The notes under the pieces were generated by a model. It was given only the letters and a program-made list of their open reading frames with translations. It searched no databases and was not told where the DNA came from. From contig NMRA01000181.1 in assembly GCA_002633005.1 (NCBI GenBank), positions 630,959-694,958 of the forward strand: a stretch of DNA of 64,000 nt. Direction: 5' to 3'. Below are positions 1-13,600 of this stretch, piece after piece. This DNA comes from Phoronis australis. Taxonomy: Eukaryota > Animalia > Phoronida. A program made the position numbers and the translations under genes. Position 1 is the first letter of the stretch. Each line of letters begins with the position of its first letter.

Positions 1-247
1 GTTGTTCAATTTGTTGGTTTATCCAGAATAACGCTATCACAGCAACAAAGTAAAGCATTTAAAGCATCTTCGAACTTCCTCTTATGGGTAATACGCCTAC
101 ACATTTTATTTTGATTATTTACTTCCGACAATATCAAGGGATTGGGAAAACAATAATGTCATTCAAGATCAATTCCCGCGCATTCTAAAACCCAACACTT
201 TTATCCTTCAAAGTCAGATGTACTTAAACCGTCCATTGTCTTTACAG

Positions 248-805
248 CTGACTGCGAGGGTGGCAAGATCGACATAATTTTTGTTTTGGACGAATCAAGC
301 AGCATCTATCCTAAAGATTTCCAGCGGCAACTTCAGTTCGTAAATGACGTCATCGAGGAATTTGACGTATCTCCTGAAAAAGCGAGAATTGGTGTGATGA
401 CGTTTTCCACGCGACCCACATTGCGATTCAATCTCGACGAGCACAACACTAAGGCAGAGGTTCAAGGTCAAGTACTTGGAATTCGTCAAAATGGCGGCGG
501 AACTTACACGTACGACGCCCTAGACTTTGCGCGGGAGAATATGTTCACACGTGCTCGCACAGGGGTGATGAAGTTGGCGATTGTCATGACAGACGGGGAA
601 TCAGCTGACCAAGAGAAAACCGCCGCGGCGGGAAAATTGGCAAGGAAATCTGGGTTCGAAGTCTTTGCACTGGGTGTTGGACCGAATGTGGATCGATCGG
701 AGCTGGACGAAATCGGCGGTCGGAATGTATTCACTGCAAAGGACTTCAGGGATCTTAGTTTTATTAAGGCAGAATTTGTCAGCAAGGCCAAGAGTGTTTG
801 CCCTG
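248..805 (+). CDS. VWA exon (divergent copy, [18 protein letters not shown]...SVCP)
   Basis: tttacag|CTGAC ... CCTG|gtgagt; 558 bp, phase 1-1. Confidence 0.9.
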
Positions 806-3800
806 GTGAGTATTGAATGAGAATTATTCTGAAAAAGGATGAAATAATGGGCACGAAGACCTTTAACACTATAATCTGGAAAGAAGGAAAAAGACAGTCT
901 TATGGAAAAAAGAACACCCCAATAATTTAAATGGCTTTTAGATTTTGGTCGTCTGTGTGAATGCTCTAATACTGGTTATCATTTCCGTTATTTTTCGTTT
1001 GTGTTAACCATTGCAGCTAGTCACGGCAGTGGATACGTGTTTGAATTAACTGAACTATTTAAGAAACTAATCCTTTCAAGTGAGAGCGTTCGGTATAACC
1101 TTAAACGAGTTCCAAAGACTTCAATCCGTACAAATTGAAATACAATAGTTAAGTTTATTCGAAACCCAAGAAAATACACGCTAAACGTACCAGAAACACC
1201 TTTGCTGAGATCGAAAGTATAACGTCGAATAACAGTAGACCAACATCACACAAATTCCAGAGAAATGCTCATCACATTTTCCGGGTTTAATTTTATGACC
1301 TATTTTCAGTTGCAACGACGCCATCGCCACCCGCAGCCATTGCCGGGCAGTGGAGTGACTGGAGAGACTGGACACCATGTTCCGTGAGCTGCGGTGACGG
1401 CAATCAACAGCGCACGAGACTGTGCAATAACCCCACCCCCCGGCATGGCGGAGACGATTGTCAAGGGTACGCCAAGGAAGTTAGGTCGTGTCGCGGTCCG
1501 CCATGTGCTGTTGATGGACAGTGGGGTCCGTGGCGGGATTGGTCTACGTGCTCAGTAACCTGTGGTCGTGGAGAACGATACAGACAACGATCTTGCAATA
1601 ATCCACCCCCATCTAACGGTGGTCAAACCTGTGTTGGAATCGATTTGGATGTCGAGGAATGTGGAGATTCACCCTGTCCCCGTAAGTCAATCACAGTCAG
1701 GAGAGGGGTTGCCTCACGGTTTGCTCGTTTGAAATTTTGGATTTAACGATTCACGACCGCAATTTTTCAAATTACACGGATTACGACAGATTTTCATTCC
1801 TTCCTTGGTTGCCATAATTTCTCGCATTAGTCCTACTCTTATAAAATTGATATCATCATATTTCTATCTACATGTGGGATAGGATTACATCTCCATTATC
1901 AACTCAAGTTACAGCCGATACTTACATGTGCCGTTTTTGAATCCGAACTCTTCGGGTTGGCCAAAACTCTCATTTGTTTTGTGTCACTGATGGTTTCGAG
2001 GTTCCTCGGAAATGGAGTCCTGCATGCCTCTGTAAGCAATATTTTAAGACCGATTTGTGAGACTAAAAATCCCAATGCGATTTTTGCTTTTACCGGTGAA
2101 AAGGGGGGAATGCAGCTTGTAAGTCGCTCATTTATAACACCCACGAGCAATAGAGATTGGATGAAATGAGAGACAACCCGCGTGCACTTTGCAATGGACG
2201 AGAAGAACAAGGAGGGGAGGGGGACCGCTCGCAAGATAGTGCCGCAATTCCAGTCTATTTATTCGATCACGTGGTGGGCATCACATTTGGTTCTTCAGTT
2301 CGTAATGGATTTTGATGGCTTGAAATATTCTTTCAATGAAAAGAGACAGAGTATTTGGCTATTTCTTTATGTTTAGTGTTTAAACTCAGTGTGTGAGCTT
2401 TGTTTCAGTCGATGGAGAGTGGGGGCAATGGAATGATTGGGGCGATTGCTCTTTGTCTTGCGGCGATGGCATACAAACCAGGCAAAGGGAATGTAACGAT
2501 CCAGCTCCCCAGGACGGTGGTAGAGACTGTCGAGGCGTGGCTATTGAATCGCGTTTGTGTAACAATGGACCGTGCCCTGGTAAGTTATTGTGAAATTAAA
2601 ACTGAGGGACGATAATTTATGAAGATTCACCTAATAAACTGTCACATTAAAGGTTATAAGTGAGTCTTGATTATCAGGACTGCGACACGTAGGCCACGTT
2701 TTTTTGCGAGAAAAGCCAGATGGCGCAAGTTTTCGTAGGATGTCGCTATGCCTTACAACAGAAGCACGTGATCACACTGTCACTGGATGTTTTCTCGAGT
2801 GTCGTAGGCCCGCGGCACGAAACCAGGTTAGTTTCCTTGTCACTCATCAAACATTTACTGGCATGTTCTAGTTGATGGCCAATGGGGACCTTGGAAAGAA
2901 TATAGTCAGTGCTCTGTCTCTTGTGGGCCCGGAAGGAAAACAAGACGACGTCAGTGTAACGAGCCATCTCCCCGCCATGGAGGCCGTGACTGCGTGGGTA
3001 ATGCCGAAGAAATCGACATATGCGTACGTCCTCCATGCCAGGTTGAGCCCCTAAGTAAGAACATTTACATAAACCGTGAGACTACCTGATTATTTTATGG
3101 ATCGAGTTCAAGTAGTAAATCAACTAGTACATTTTCCTGGAAACATACTGTGACTTGTGATGTATAATTTTTTCTGAATAGTTCTGCAATTCAAATATTG
3201 AATAAAATTTCTTTTAAAAACTTCATACATGGACTGTGGTATTACGGACCTTGTTTTACGATTACGAAATGCATAAGTGAGTTCAAAGTTGTTGCTGTCT
3301 GTTTTGTCATTTTTGTATGATTAAACGATGAACGTGACACTAATGTCCCGATATTTTTATTAAAGAGAAGAAGTGCAGTGGCGCAAAAGCAGACGTTGTG
3401 TTCATACTTGACGAGTCCAGCAGCATATACCCACGTGACTTTAAGAAGCAACTTCAATTCGTCAATGACGTCATCGACTCGTTCGCAGTAGGACCCAATC
3501 AAGTGCATGTAGGAGTAATGTCCTTCTCAACAAAGCCAAACATGCGATTTGAGCTAGGAACTCACCCTGATAAAGACTCCGTTCAGAAGGCTGTGCTTGG
3601 TATCAGGCAGAAAGGTGGTGGTACTTACACATTCGATGCTCTTGACTTTGCTGTGGATAAGTTCTTTAAGAAGTCCCGGGATGATCCAGACGTTGCCAAA
3701 ATTGCTATTGTTATGACAGACGGTGAATCTGCCGATAAAGACAAAACTTTGGCATCTGGTAGAAATGCTCAAGAACAAGGCTTCGACGTATTTGCCCTCG

Positions 3801-4570
3801 GTGTAGGTCCAAATGTTGACCCTGAAGAACTCGGGTACATCGGAGGGGACAACGTGTTTACAGCTACAGACTTCGGTGCTCTTCAAGACATCAAGGCGGA
3901 ATTTATCACTAAAACAAAAAGTGTTTGCACTGAGATAGGTAAGGCTATGATCAGGTTAAGACACTTTTTCTTAAAAATGCATTTCCATTTGTATAGCATA
4001 GTTCCAAAAAACTTCAGGACTGGATGACTCACAATTTGTATCGAAATTTCGCTTACCTTGATTGGAATTTNCTGGTAGAAATGCTCAAGAACAAGGCTTC
4101 GACGTATTTGCCCTGGGTGTAGGTCCAAACGTGGACCCGGAAGAACTCGGGTACATCGGAGGGGACAACGTGTTTACAGCTACAGACTTCGGTGCTCTTC
4201 AAGACATCAAGGCGGAATTTATCACTAAAACAAAAAGTGTTTGCACTGAGATAGGTAAGGCTATGATCAGGTTAAGACACTTTTTCTTAAAAATGCATTT
4301 CCATTTGTATAGCATAGTTCCAAAAAACAACTTCAGGACTGGATGACTCACAACTTGTATCGAAATTTCGCTTACCTTGATTGGAATTTATTTCTGTTTC
4401 AAAGAATTTTTTTTGTATTCAAAGAAGCATTAAATTATTAAACGATGGTAATTTAGATGACTGCCAGGCAAATTTGAGAAACTGGTATACCATAACATTC
4501 TAGCTGAAGTGGGTGGGTATGTTGAGGGGGGGCGCTTTGTGTGTGTGTGTGTGTGTGTGTGTGAGTGTGA

Positions 4571-4601
<31 letters not shown>

Positions 4602-7600
4602 TGGGTATGGTAAGTTTTAGAACGTCTTGCATTTTTGTCTTTCATATCAATAAAAAGTACGTTTTAACAAGGAACATTCAGAACAATGACAAGTTGAAAG
4701 CACTTTGGACAATCACAGAGCGAGTCAGCTGTTGCGAACTGTTACGGCTTCAGGTCAATCACAAGTTAGGTATCAATACCAACTACAGGTTTAAATCGAC
4801 CATGTGATGGTAACGACAATTCCAAACGCATATTAATTAAATCATTTCTTGATTTCACGCTATATAGTCGTTAGAACTTATCAATTTCCTTAAATGTTTT
4901 TGTACACATTCCAAACTTTTAACGACTGGGCTTCCTTGACTTGGTAAAATAAGTTTAGGAGGCGCACCTCATTGACTAGCCGTAATAAATGACACTTTTT
5001 GGAGATGTGTCACCTACCTGTGTGATTTAGACTGCAGTTGCTGAATACAAAACAACAAAACCTTCCTTGTTATTTTTGGTTGAAATTTAGTTGTTGATAT
5101 TTATTAACATGAGACCTAGTTACGTGCATACTGGTGGCTATCGGATCGTCACATACCTTACCAACTTCCTGTATCTTTTGCCTGCTCAAATGTTTGTGCT
5201 GAATTTGATGTCATGTTGTTACAGGAAAGCATTACCTATTACGTAATGTCTGTCTTCATGGTTCACAGTTTAAGTACCGAGTCATCATTTATGAATGTAT
5301 ACACCTGCCGATTACATTGATAAAGGCGCATTACTAGTTTTAAATTATCTGAATTTGTTCAATGCTTTCATTTTCTCCCATTTCTTTGCATGATAATTTT
5401 AATCGTTGAGCATAAACATGGGCTTTAACTAGTAGTTTAAGCTTGACTCCTGGTTGAACACAATCAGTTAGTGTGTAGGACTCTCCTCCCATGCCTCTTT
5501 CGAATGTCGTACATTCGCACTACATAATTTCGCAGCCCTCTCAATAGCAAACGTTCACTCTCTTTGATTTCGTAATGCGTTATAACACAATTAACACCCA
5601 CCTTATTTATCACTGCTTTGATTCCTCTAATTTAGCTACCCCACCCCCTGCTATAGATGGTCAATGGGGCGACTGGCGCCCCTGGGGTCAGTGTTCAGTC
5701 AGCTGCGGAACTGGTGAACAGTCGAGGGAACGCGAATGTGATGCTCCTGCACCACGAAATGGAGGAGCTGATTGCCAAGGAGACTCGAGAGATGTACGAG
5801 TTTGTAAAGGTCCTCCCTGCATCAGGCCTGGTCAGTAATGTTTGCTAGCTCTTCCATTGCGAAGTATACTGACATTCAGGAATCCCTCAAATGCACGATT
5901 CGAAACCTGATTGCATAGATTTAGATGTTGACGAGATCATGATGTGGATCTGTAGGAGTCATTCACTAAGTGTCCCGTGTCATGTGGCACCGGGAATGGA
6001 AGCAGGCGACGTCGGTGCAGTTTACCCACCGCTCAGTAATGCAGGTCATTACTGTGTTTGAAATGTAGGGCAAACCTCGTCATGTTCCACATTATGCCTA
6101 GGGCCGGCATGTGCAGTCCTGAATGCGGATGAGAAAATGCGTAGTACCCGCACCAATACGCTGAAAACGGTAAAAACGCGGATGGGTGAACAGTCGAGGG
6201 AACGCGAAAGTCTTGCACTAGAAAATGAATGTGATGGTTGTCCAGAGCACTCGTGTGGACTCGAAGCGTGCGAGCGACTTCTGTGTCTGTTGACATGTTA
6301 GTTGATGAATTAAATGCCCGCTTTCAGATATTTATTCCAATCCACCGTTTTTCCTTTGCTTTTACTTTGTTTGCTTTTTTGTCGTAATCACTAACATAAA
6401 TGATTAGCTTTAGGTAAATTTGACTTCCGTTTGCCAGTACATTTCCTACTTTCTACCGAAGATTTTCTACCCTGAAATGCTCATAGTCTACTATTATATC
6501 CGCTTAGTTTCCTATCAATAAGCAATTCCACTCCTTGCTACATGGTTAATGGGGCGACCGGCGTCAGTGGAATCGGTGTTCAGTCAGCTGCGGGTCTGGC
6601 GAACAGTCGAGGGAACGCGAATGTGCCCCTGCAACACAGAACGAAGGCGACAATTTTCTAGAGAATTGAGAGTTTGTCAAGGGCCTCGGTCTGTATTTGG
6701 CCTGTTTTGTGGTGTTTTGGCTTGTGAATTTTGACAGACAATTGTGCGCTGTCGTCCCATTATGCTACACATTGCAAATAAGCTGCTCGTCATACATGTC
6801 ACCTGCTTGTACTCAACAGTTGACGGCCAGTGGGGACAATGGGAGGCTTTCAGTGAGTGTTCCGTTACCTGTGGAGGAGGCACTAAAACCAGACGACGTC
6901 GGTGTAACAACCCAGCACCCAGTGATGGAGGTCGGGACTGCGTCGGTAATGCTGAGGAGACCACGATTTGTATAATTACGGCATGCGCTGCCCCTCTACC
7001 CAGTGAGTAACTAAATTACATTAACCCATACCTCTAATGGCAGCATGGTAAACCCTGACTGGTGCTGTATATCAAAACCGATTTGGCTTCCATTAAGATG
7101 ACTGATTTCTCTAAAAGAACAATTAGTCGCTTTCATTTTAGTTGGAAACGTGTGCGGGATCATCGTAAATCCACCCAGAAATTGTTGGCAGTGTGTCAGT
7201 TTTGCTCTGTTTTTCAGATAAATGCACTGGAGGTAAAGCCGACGTGGTCTTCGTCCTCGATGAGTCCAGCAGCATATACCCACGTGACTTTAAGAAGCAA
7301 CTTCAATTCGTTAATGATGTCATCGACTCGTTTCCAGTAGGACCCAATCAAGTACATGTAGGAGTAATGACTTTTTCAACAAAGCCAAATATGCGATTTG
7401 AGCTAGGAACTCACCCCGATAAAGACTCCGTTCAGAAGGCTGTGCTTGGTATCAGGCAGAAAGGTGGTGGTACTTACACCTTCGATGCGCTTGACTTTGC
7501 TGTGGATAAGTTCTTTAAGAAATCACGAGACGACCCAGACGTTGCCAAAATTGCTATAGTTATGNTGCTGTATATCAAAACCGATTTGGCTTCCATTAAG

Positions 7601-10600
7601 ATGACTGATTTCTCTAAAAGAACAATTAGTCGCTTTCATTTTAGTTGGAAACGTGTGCGGGATCATCGTAAATCCACCCAGAAATTGTTGGCAGTGTGTC
7701 AGTTTTGCTCTGTTTTTCAGATAAATGCACTGGAGGTAAAGCCGACGTGGTCTTCGTCCTCGACGAGTCCAGCAGCATATACCCACGTGACTTTAAGAAG
7801 CAACTTCAATTCGTTAATGATGTCATCGACTCGTTTCCAGTAGGACCCAATCAAGTACATGTAGGAGTAATGACTTTTTCAACAAAGCCAAACATGCGAT
7901 TTGAGCTAGGAACTCACTCTGATAAAGACTCCGTTCAGAAGGCTGTGCTTGGTATCAGGCAGAAAGGTGGTGGTACTTACACCTTCGATGCTCTTGACTT
8001 TGCTGTGGATAAGTTCTTTAAGAAATCACGAGACGACCCAGACGTTGCCAAAATTGCTATAGTTATGACAGACGGTGAGTCAGCCGATAAAGACAAAACT
8101 TTGGCGTCTGGTAGAAATGCTCAAGAACAAGGTTTCGACGTATTTGCCCTCGGTGTAGGTCCAAATGTTGACCCTGAAGAACTCGGGTACATTGGCGGAG
8201 ACCACGTGTTCACAGCTTCGGACTTCAGTGCTCTTCAAGACATCAAAGCAGAGTTCATTGGGAAAGCTAAGGGCGTGTGCACAGAGCCAGGTAGGATGTA
8301 CCTTCTGTGTTCTTACTGCATCATAATACGTCTTATGCTTAATAGTCCCTCGCTTACACGCTATCTCTGCTTATAGTTGGAAGCTTTCTAAACATCAGAT
8401 TACAATAAGGAATGGTTTCTGTAGACGCTGTAAACTCCCAAAAAACAAGATCGAATGCTCGAGATCTTACTAGCATACCTTGGCAAAATGGCCGAAATGG
8501 CGGCTCTGAAGTGATCGGTCCGAGGGATTTGAATGTTGAAACTCACCAGAAATTTCAATTGATTCAACCCTTGAAAATCTGGACGACCTTGACCTCTGGC
8601 GGCAAGTAGTGGTGGGGACATTCAAGAAAGTTGGCAGTGAGCGGTTCATTGGAAATACTTAATAGTGTGCAAACTCCACTTTACAAATGGCTTCAGTTTT
8701 TCATGTCTCATTTTTAGCATTCCAGTTGACAATAGATGCAAAATCTATGGGTTGATTTCACTACTCATTTCTTTTTGGTTTCCCAGCAAACTAATTGCCT
8801 TGGTAGTTTTAAATACCCTAAAATCAACCTAAATCGTTTACTTTAGCCACCCCACCCCCTGCTATCGATGGTCAGTGGGGCGACTGGCGCCCGTGGAGTC
8901 AATGTTCAGTTACTTGCGGGACGGGTGAACAGTCGAGGGAGCGTGAATGTGACAATCCTGCACCACAGAATGATGGAGATAATTGCCGGGGACCTTCTCG
9001 AGAAACAAGAACATGTGATAGACCACCGTGCATAACTCCAAGTTAGTAGAAATATTAGTTGTGCTGATGCGTTGACTCGTTTATTCAGTTCTAACTCCCA
9101 AGCCTGTTTTAGAATACTGTCCCAATATTCTCTATTCTTAGTTAGATTTTAGCATTATCTAGTCTTATTTGTTATCATCCGCATTTGCTATCCTCTAATA
9201 GCTTCACTCTCCCCAAAATTTAGCTACCCCTCCCCCAGTGATAGACGGCCAATGGGGCGACTGGCGCCCATGGAGTGAGTGCTCAGTCAGTTGTGGCATT
9301 GGTGATCAATATCGTGAACGAAGGTGTGACAATCCATCCCCACAAAATGGCGGAGATGATTGCAATGGTTCATCACGAGAGACACAAGGTTGTCGAGGTC
9401 CGCCGTGTCTTATACCAAGTTAGTGATTTTCAACACTGCTCTCAAGTTCCAAAACCACTGTGCCTTTCGAAAGTTGTCTCAGTGTGACTATACGGTGGGA
9501 TTGTATAAAGAATGGTGCTTTGTTTTATTTATTTCTACAGCCTAGTGTTCAGCTTTTCAATTGAACTTCCAGTAACTTAAGTGAAAATCCTGTACATTAT
9601 CTTTATTGGTCAGCCGGATGTGCACGAACCATTAAACGTATTCTGCAATTTCTCTACGCAAAACCTTATTGTGTATATTGTTTCAGTCGATGGACAGTGG
9701 GCGCAGTGGAACGATTGGGGCGACTGTTCTTCGTCTTGCGGCGATGGAATACAAACCAGACAAAGAGAATGTAACGACCCAGCTCCCCAAGACGGCGGTA
9801 GAGACTGTCGTGGCGTGGCTATTGAATCCCGTTTGTGCAGCAATCGACCATGTCCTGGTAATTATTTAATGAGATTTTGAACGCAGCGATAAAGGATACT
9901 AGGCTCCAATTCGCTCATTAAAAGGTAAACAATTAGCATTCTCTGATAAAGTCCTTTCCTTTATGGAGCACTCTTGTTATACCATTTCGAAACTTTACTG
10001 TTCTAGTTGATGGCCAATGGGGACCTTGGAAAGAATATAGCCCGTGTTCTGTCTCTTGTGGGGCCGGAAGGAAAACAAGACGACGTCAGTGTAACGAGCC
10101 ATCTCCCCGCCATGGAGGCCGTGACTGTGTGGGGAGTGCCGAAGAAATCGACATATGCGTAGCTCCTTCATGCCAGGTTGAGCCTCTAAGTAAGAACATT
10201 TACGTAAACTGGGAGACTATTCTAAATATTTCATGACAATTTTTGAACTATTGCACATCACTTATACGTTTAAAAGTTGGTGTATTTTTGGAAACAATTT
10301 GTGGGTCATTTTTATGTAAATGTGAAATTTCATGTATGGACTAGAGTATTAACTCAAGAATGTAGTAACTTCACTGTTTATCGATTTCGGCTACTGGCAT
10401 GAGTATCTTATTTTTGTTATTTGTTTTGTTATTTTTGTGTTATTAATCCCATGTGTTTGACACTAGTGCCCAATCTTTTCATTACAGAGAGGAAGTGCGG
10501 TGGCGCAAAAGCAGACGTTGTGTTCATACTTGACGAGTCCAGCAGCATATATCCACGTGACTTTAAGAAGCAACTTCAATTCGTCAGTGACGTCATCGAT

Positions 10601-13600
10601 TCTTTCTCAGTAGGACCCAATCAAGTGCATGTAGGAGTAATGACCTTCTCAACAAAGCCAAATATGCGATTTGAGCTAGGAACTCACCCTGATAAAGACT
10701 CCGTTCAGAAGGCTGTGCTTGGTATCAGGCAGAAAGGTGGTGGTACTTACACCTTCGATGCGCTTGACTTTGCTGTGGATAAGTTCTTTAAGAAGTCCCG
10801 GGACGACCCAGAAGTTGCCAAAATCGCTGTAGTTATGACGGACGGTGAATCGGCTGACAAAGACAAAACTTTGGCATCTGGTAGAAATGCTCAAGAACAA
10901 GGCTTCGATGTATTTGCCCTCGGTGTTGGTCCAAATGTTGACCCTGAAGAACTGGGGTACATTGGTGGAGATCACGTGTTCACGGCATCGGACTTCGGTG
11001 CTCTTCAGGACATCAAGGCGGAATTCATCACTAAAACCAAGAGTGTGTGCACTGAGACAGGTACGGCTATGTGTGAGTTGAGACGAGTGTTTTTTTCTTC
11101 TTTTAAACCCGGCATTTGTACTGATTTAGCTGTTATTATACTCAGGACCAGAACTGGCCAACTTATCCTTACAACACCAGTCTCGAAATTTCGAGTACCC
11201 TGGTAGGATGTTACTTCTTTTTTCACGAGACGCATTCTGAGCAATGACAAGCTGAAAACACTTTGAACAATCATAGAGCTGACCACCTGTTCAAAATTTA
11301 ACGTCTGGTCATCCTAACGAGCATCTAGTTGACTAAATGTGATAGATGGCACCCTTTGGAGACGTGTCATCTGCAGCTGCGCTTTGCGTTAGTCAGACTT
11401 GGCTGAACACAAACCAACAAAAATTTTTTGGCTGCTTTATTTAGGTTGAGAATTAGTTATTGATGTTCAGGTAACGGTGGCCTAGTTACATGTACATGCA
11501 TGCTGATGGCTGTCAGAACGTCAAATAACTTACTATCTTATTGTAGCCGTTGTCTGCTTAACTGTTTTGCTTGTACTAAGTTTGTTCCCATCTTGTATCA
11601 GGAAGACTTTACCTATTACTTTTTCTGTCTTGATGGCTCACAGTTTCAGTATGCGGTCATCACTGAAATACGTGCACGCGTGTAAAGTAGCGTTGATGTA
11701 GACTCACTAAGAGTTAAAACAATCTAAATTAGTCCAGTGCTTCTATTCTATGCTATTCCTTTGCATTATTCCGTCTTGCTTCTACGTTGGTTGTGGTGTG
11801 GATTGGTAACTATTAATTTGACATTTGAGTACAATAAGCTAGCGCATAAGACTGTGTAAGCTTGCCGCTTTTGAATGACATCCATGCAATACGAAATTTC
11901 GCAGCCCTGTCGCTAACACACGTTCACTCTCTTTGATACGTAATGCTTTATGGCACATTTGATACCCACCTTCTTTATTACTTGCTTTGGTTCCTTTAAT
12001 TTAGCTTCCCCACCCCCTGCTATAGATGGTCAGTGGGGCGACTGGCGCCCCTGGGGTCAGTGTTCAGTCAGCTGCGGGACTGGAGAACAGTCGAGAGAAC
12101 GCGAATGTGATGCTCCTGCACCACGAAACGGAGGAGCTGATTGCCAAGGAGAGTCGATAGATGTGCGAGTTTGTAAAGGTCTTCCCTGCAACACACCTGG
12201 TTAGTGTTTGCTATGCTTTCCATTGCGGAGTAACCTTCAGAGTAAAAAGCTCCTCAAATGTATAATTCGCAGCTTGATTGCATACGTTCAGCAGCTGACG
12301 GTCCGTCAGAGGAGCGTGGGAGGCGCTATATGAATGTCCCGGCGTCTCGTGTTGTGCCTAGGATCGAACGAGGCGACGGTACCATAACACACCGGCCCAA
12401 TAATTGAGGTCGTCGCTGTGTCGGGAATGTAGACCAAACCATAACATGTTCCACATTATGCCTAGAGCCGCCATGTGCGTTTCCGAAGTCTAATTAGTGA
12501 ATACACGATACCTACACCAATCTGCTGAAATGGTCAAAACAGGGAAAGGCAATTGATTCTTCTTGTTTTTGGTAGAAACGCACTTGCGTAGAAAACGCGA
12601 ATAGGAGAACAGTTGAAGGGACACAAAAAGTCCTGAACCCAAAGAGATGGTGGTGGTTCTCGAGAACAGCCTTGCCGAATCGATGCGTGCAAGCGACTTC
12701 TCTGTTTGCCAAAGAACTAAATTCTTGTTTATGTAAGGTTTCTCACAATCTACCCCTTTCTCTGTTGCTTTTACTTCACATTCTCTTTTAATCTCCTTGT
12801 TATGATTAAATGCGTAGCTTTAGATAATAGCGTTAGCTTGGTTCCCATTTGTTATTACCGTTCCCTATTCCCCATATTCTAACAAAGTGTTCCAACCCTG
12901 CAAATGCTCATCTTCTACAAACCCGCTTTGGTTCCTCTCATTTAGCACCCCCACCTGTAGATGGTCAATGGGGCGACTGGCGCCCGTGGAGTCAGTGTTC
13001 AGTCAGCTGCGGGACTGGTGAACAGTCGAGGGAACGCGAATGTGATACTCCTGCACCACAGAACGGCGGTGACAATTGTCAAGGAGAGTCGAGAGAAGTG
13101 CGAGTTTGTAAAGGGCCCCTCTGTATACGGCCTGGTTAGTAATGTTTTCACTCGTAAAATGAGATTGAGGATCGTGCGCAATTTTTCCATTGTACTGCAT
13201 ATTAGAAACAAGTTTTTCGTCATTCTTGTCACATGTTTGCATTCAACAGTTGATGGCCAGTGGGGACCATGGGAATCTTTCGGTGAGTGTTCCGTTACCT
13301 GTGGAAGAGGAAGTAAAACCAGGCGACGAAAGTGCAGCAACCCGTCGCCCAGTAACGGTGGTCGTGACTGTGTTGGAAATGCTGAGGAGACCACAATTTG
13401 CTTAGGACTGTCATGCACTGCCCCTCTACCCAGTGAGTAACTACATTGCATGTACACATAACAGCATTGGCAATGAGTGGAACCGACAATGCTCATTCTC
13501 GGGCTGATGTGATACATTAAAAATTGACGTCGCTTCCACTTTTGTGACTGGTTTATCCAATAGCACTAGTGGTCACGTTCAGTATAGTACGTTGGAAACA

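Noticed and set aside
4062-7843. Extra partial VWA copies next to single n characters
   Set aside because: The sequence repeats across the n joins, typical of unmerged scaffold overlaps; not counted as real domains.
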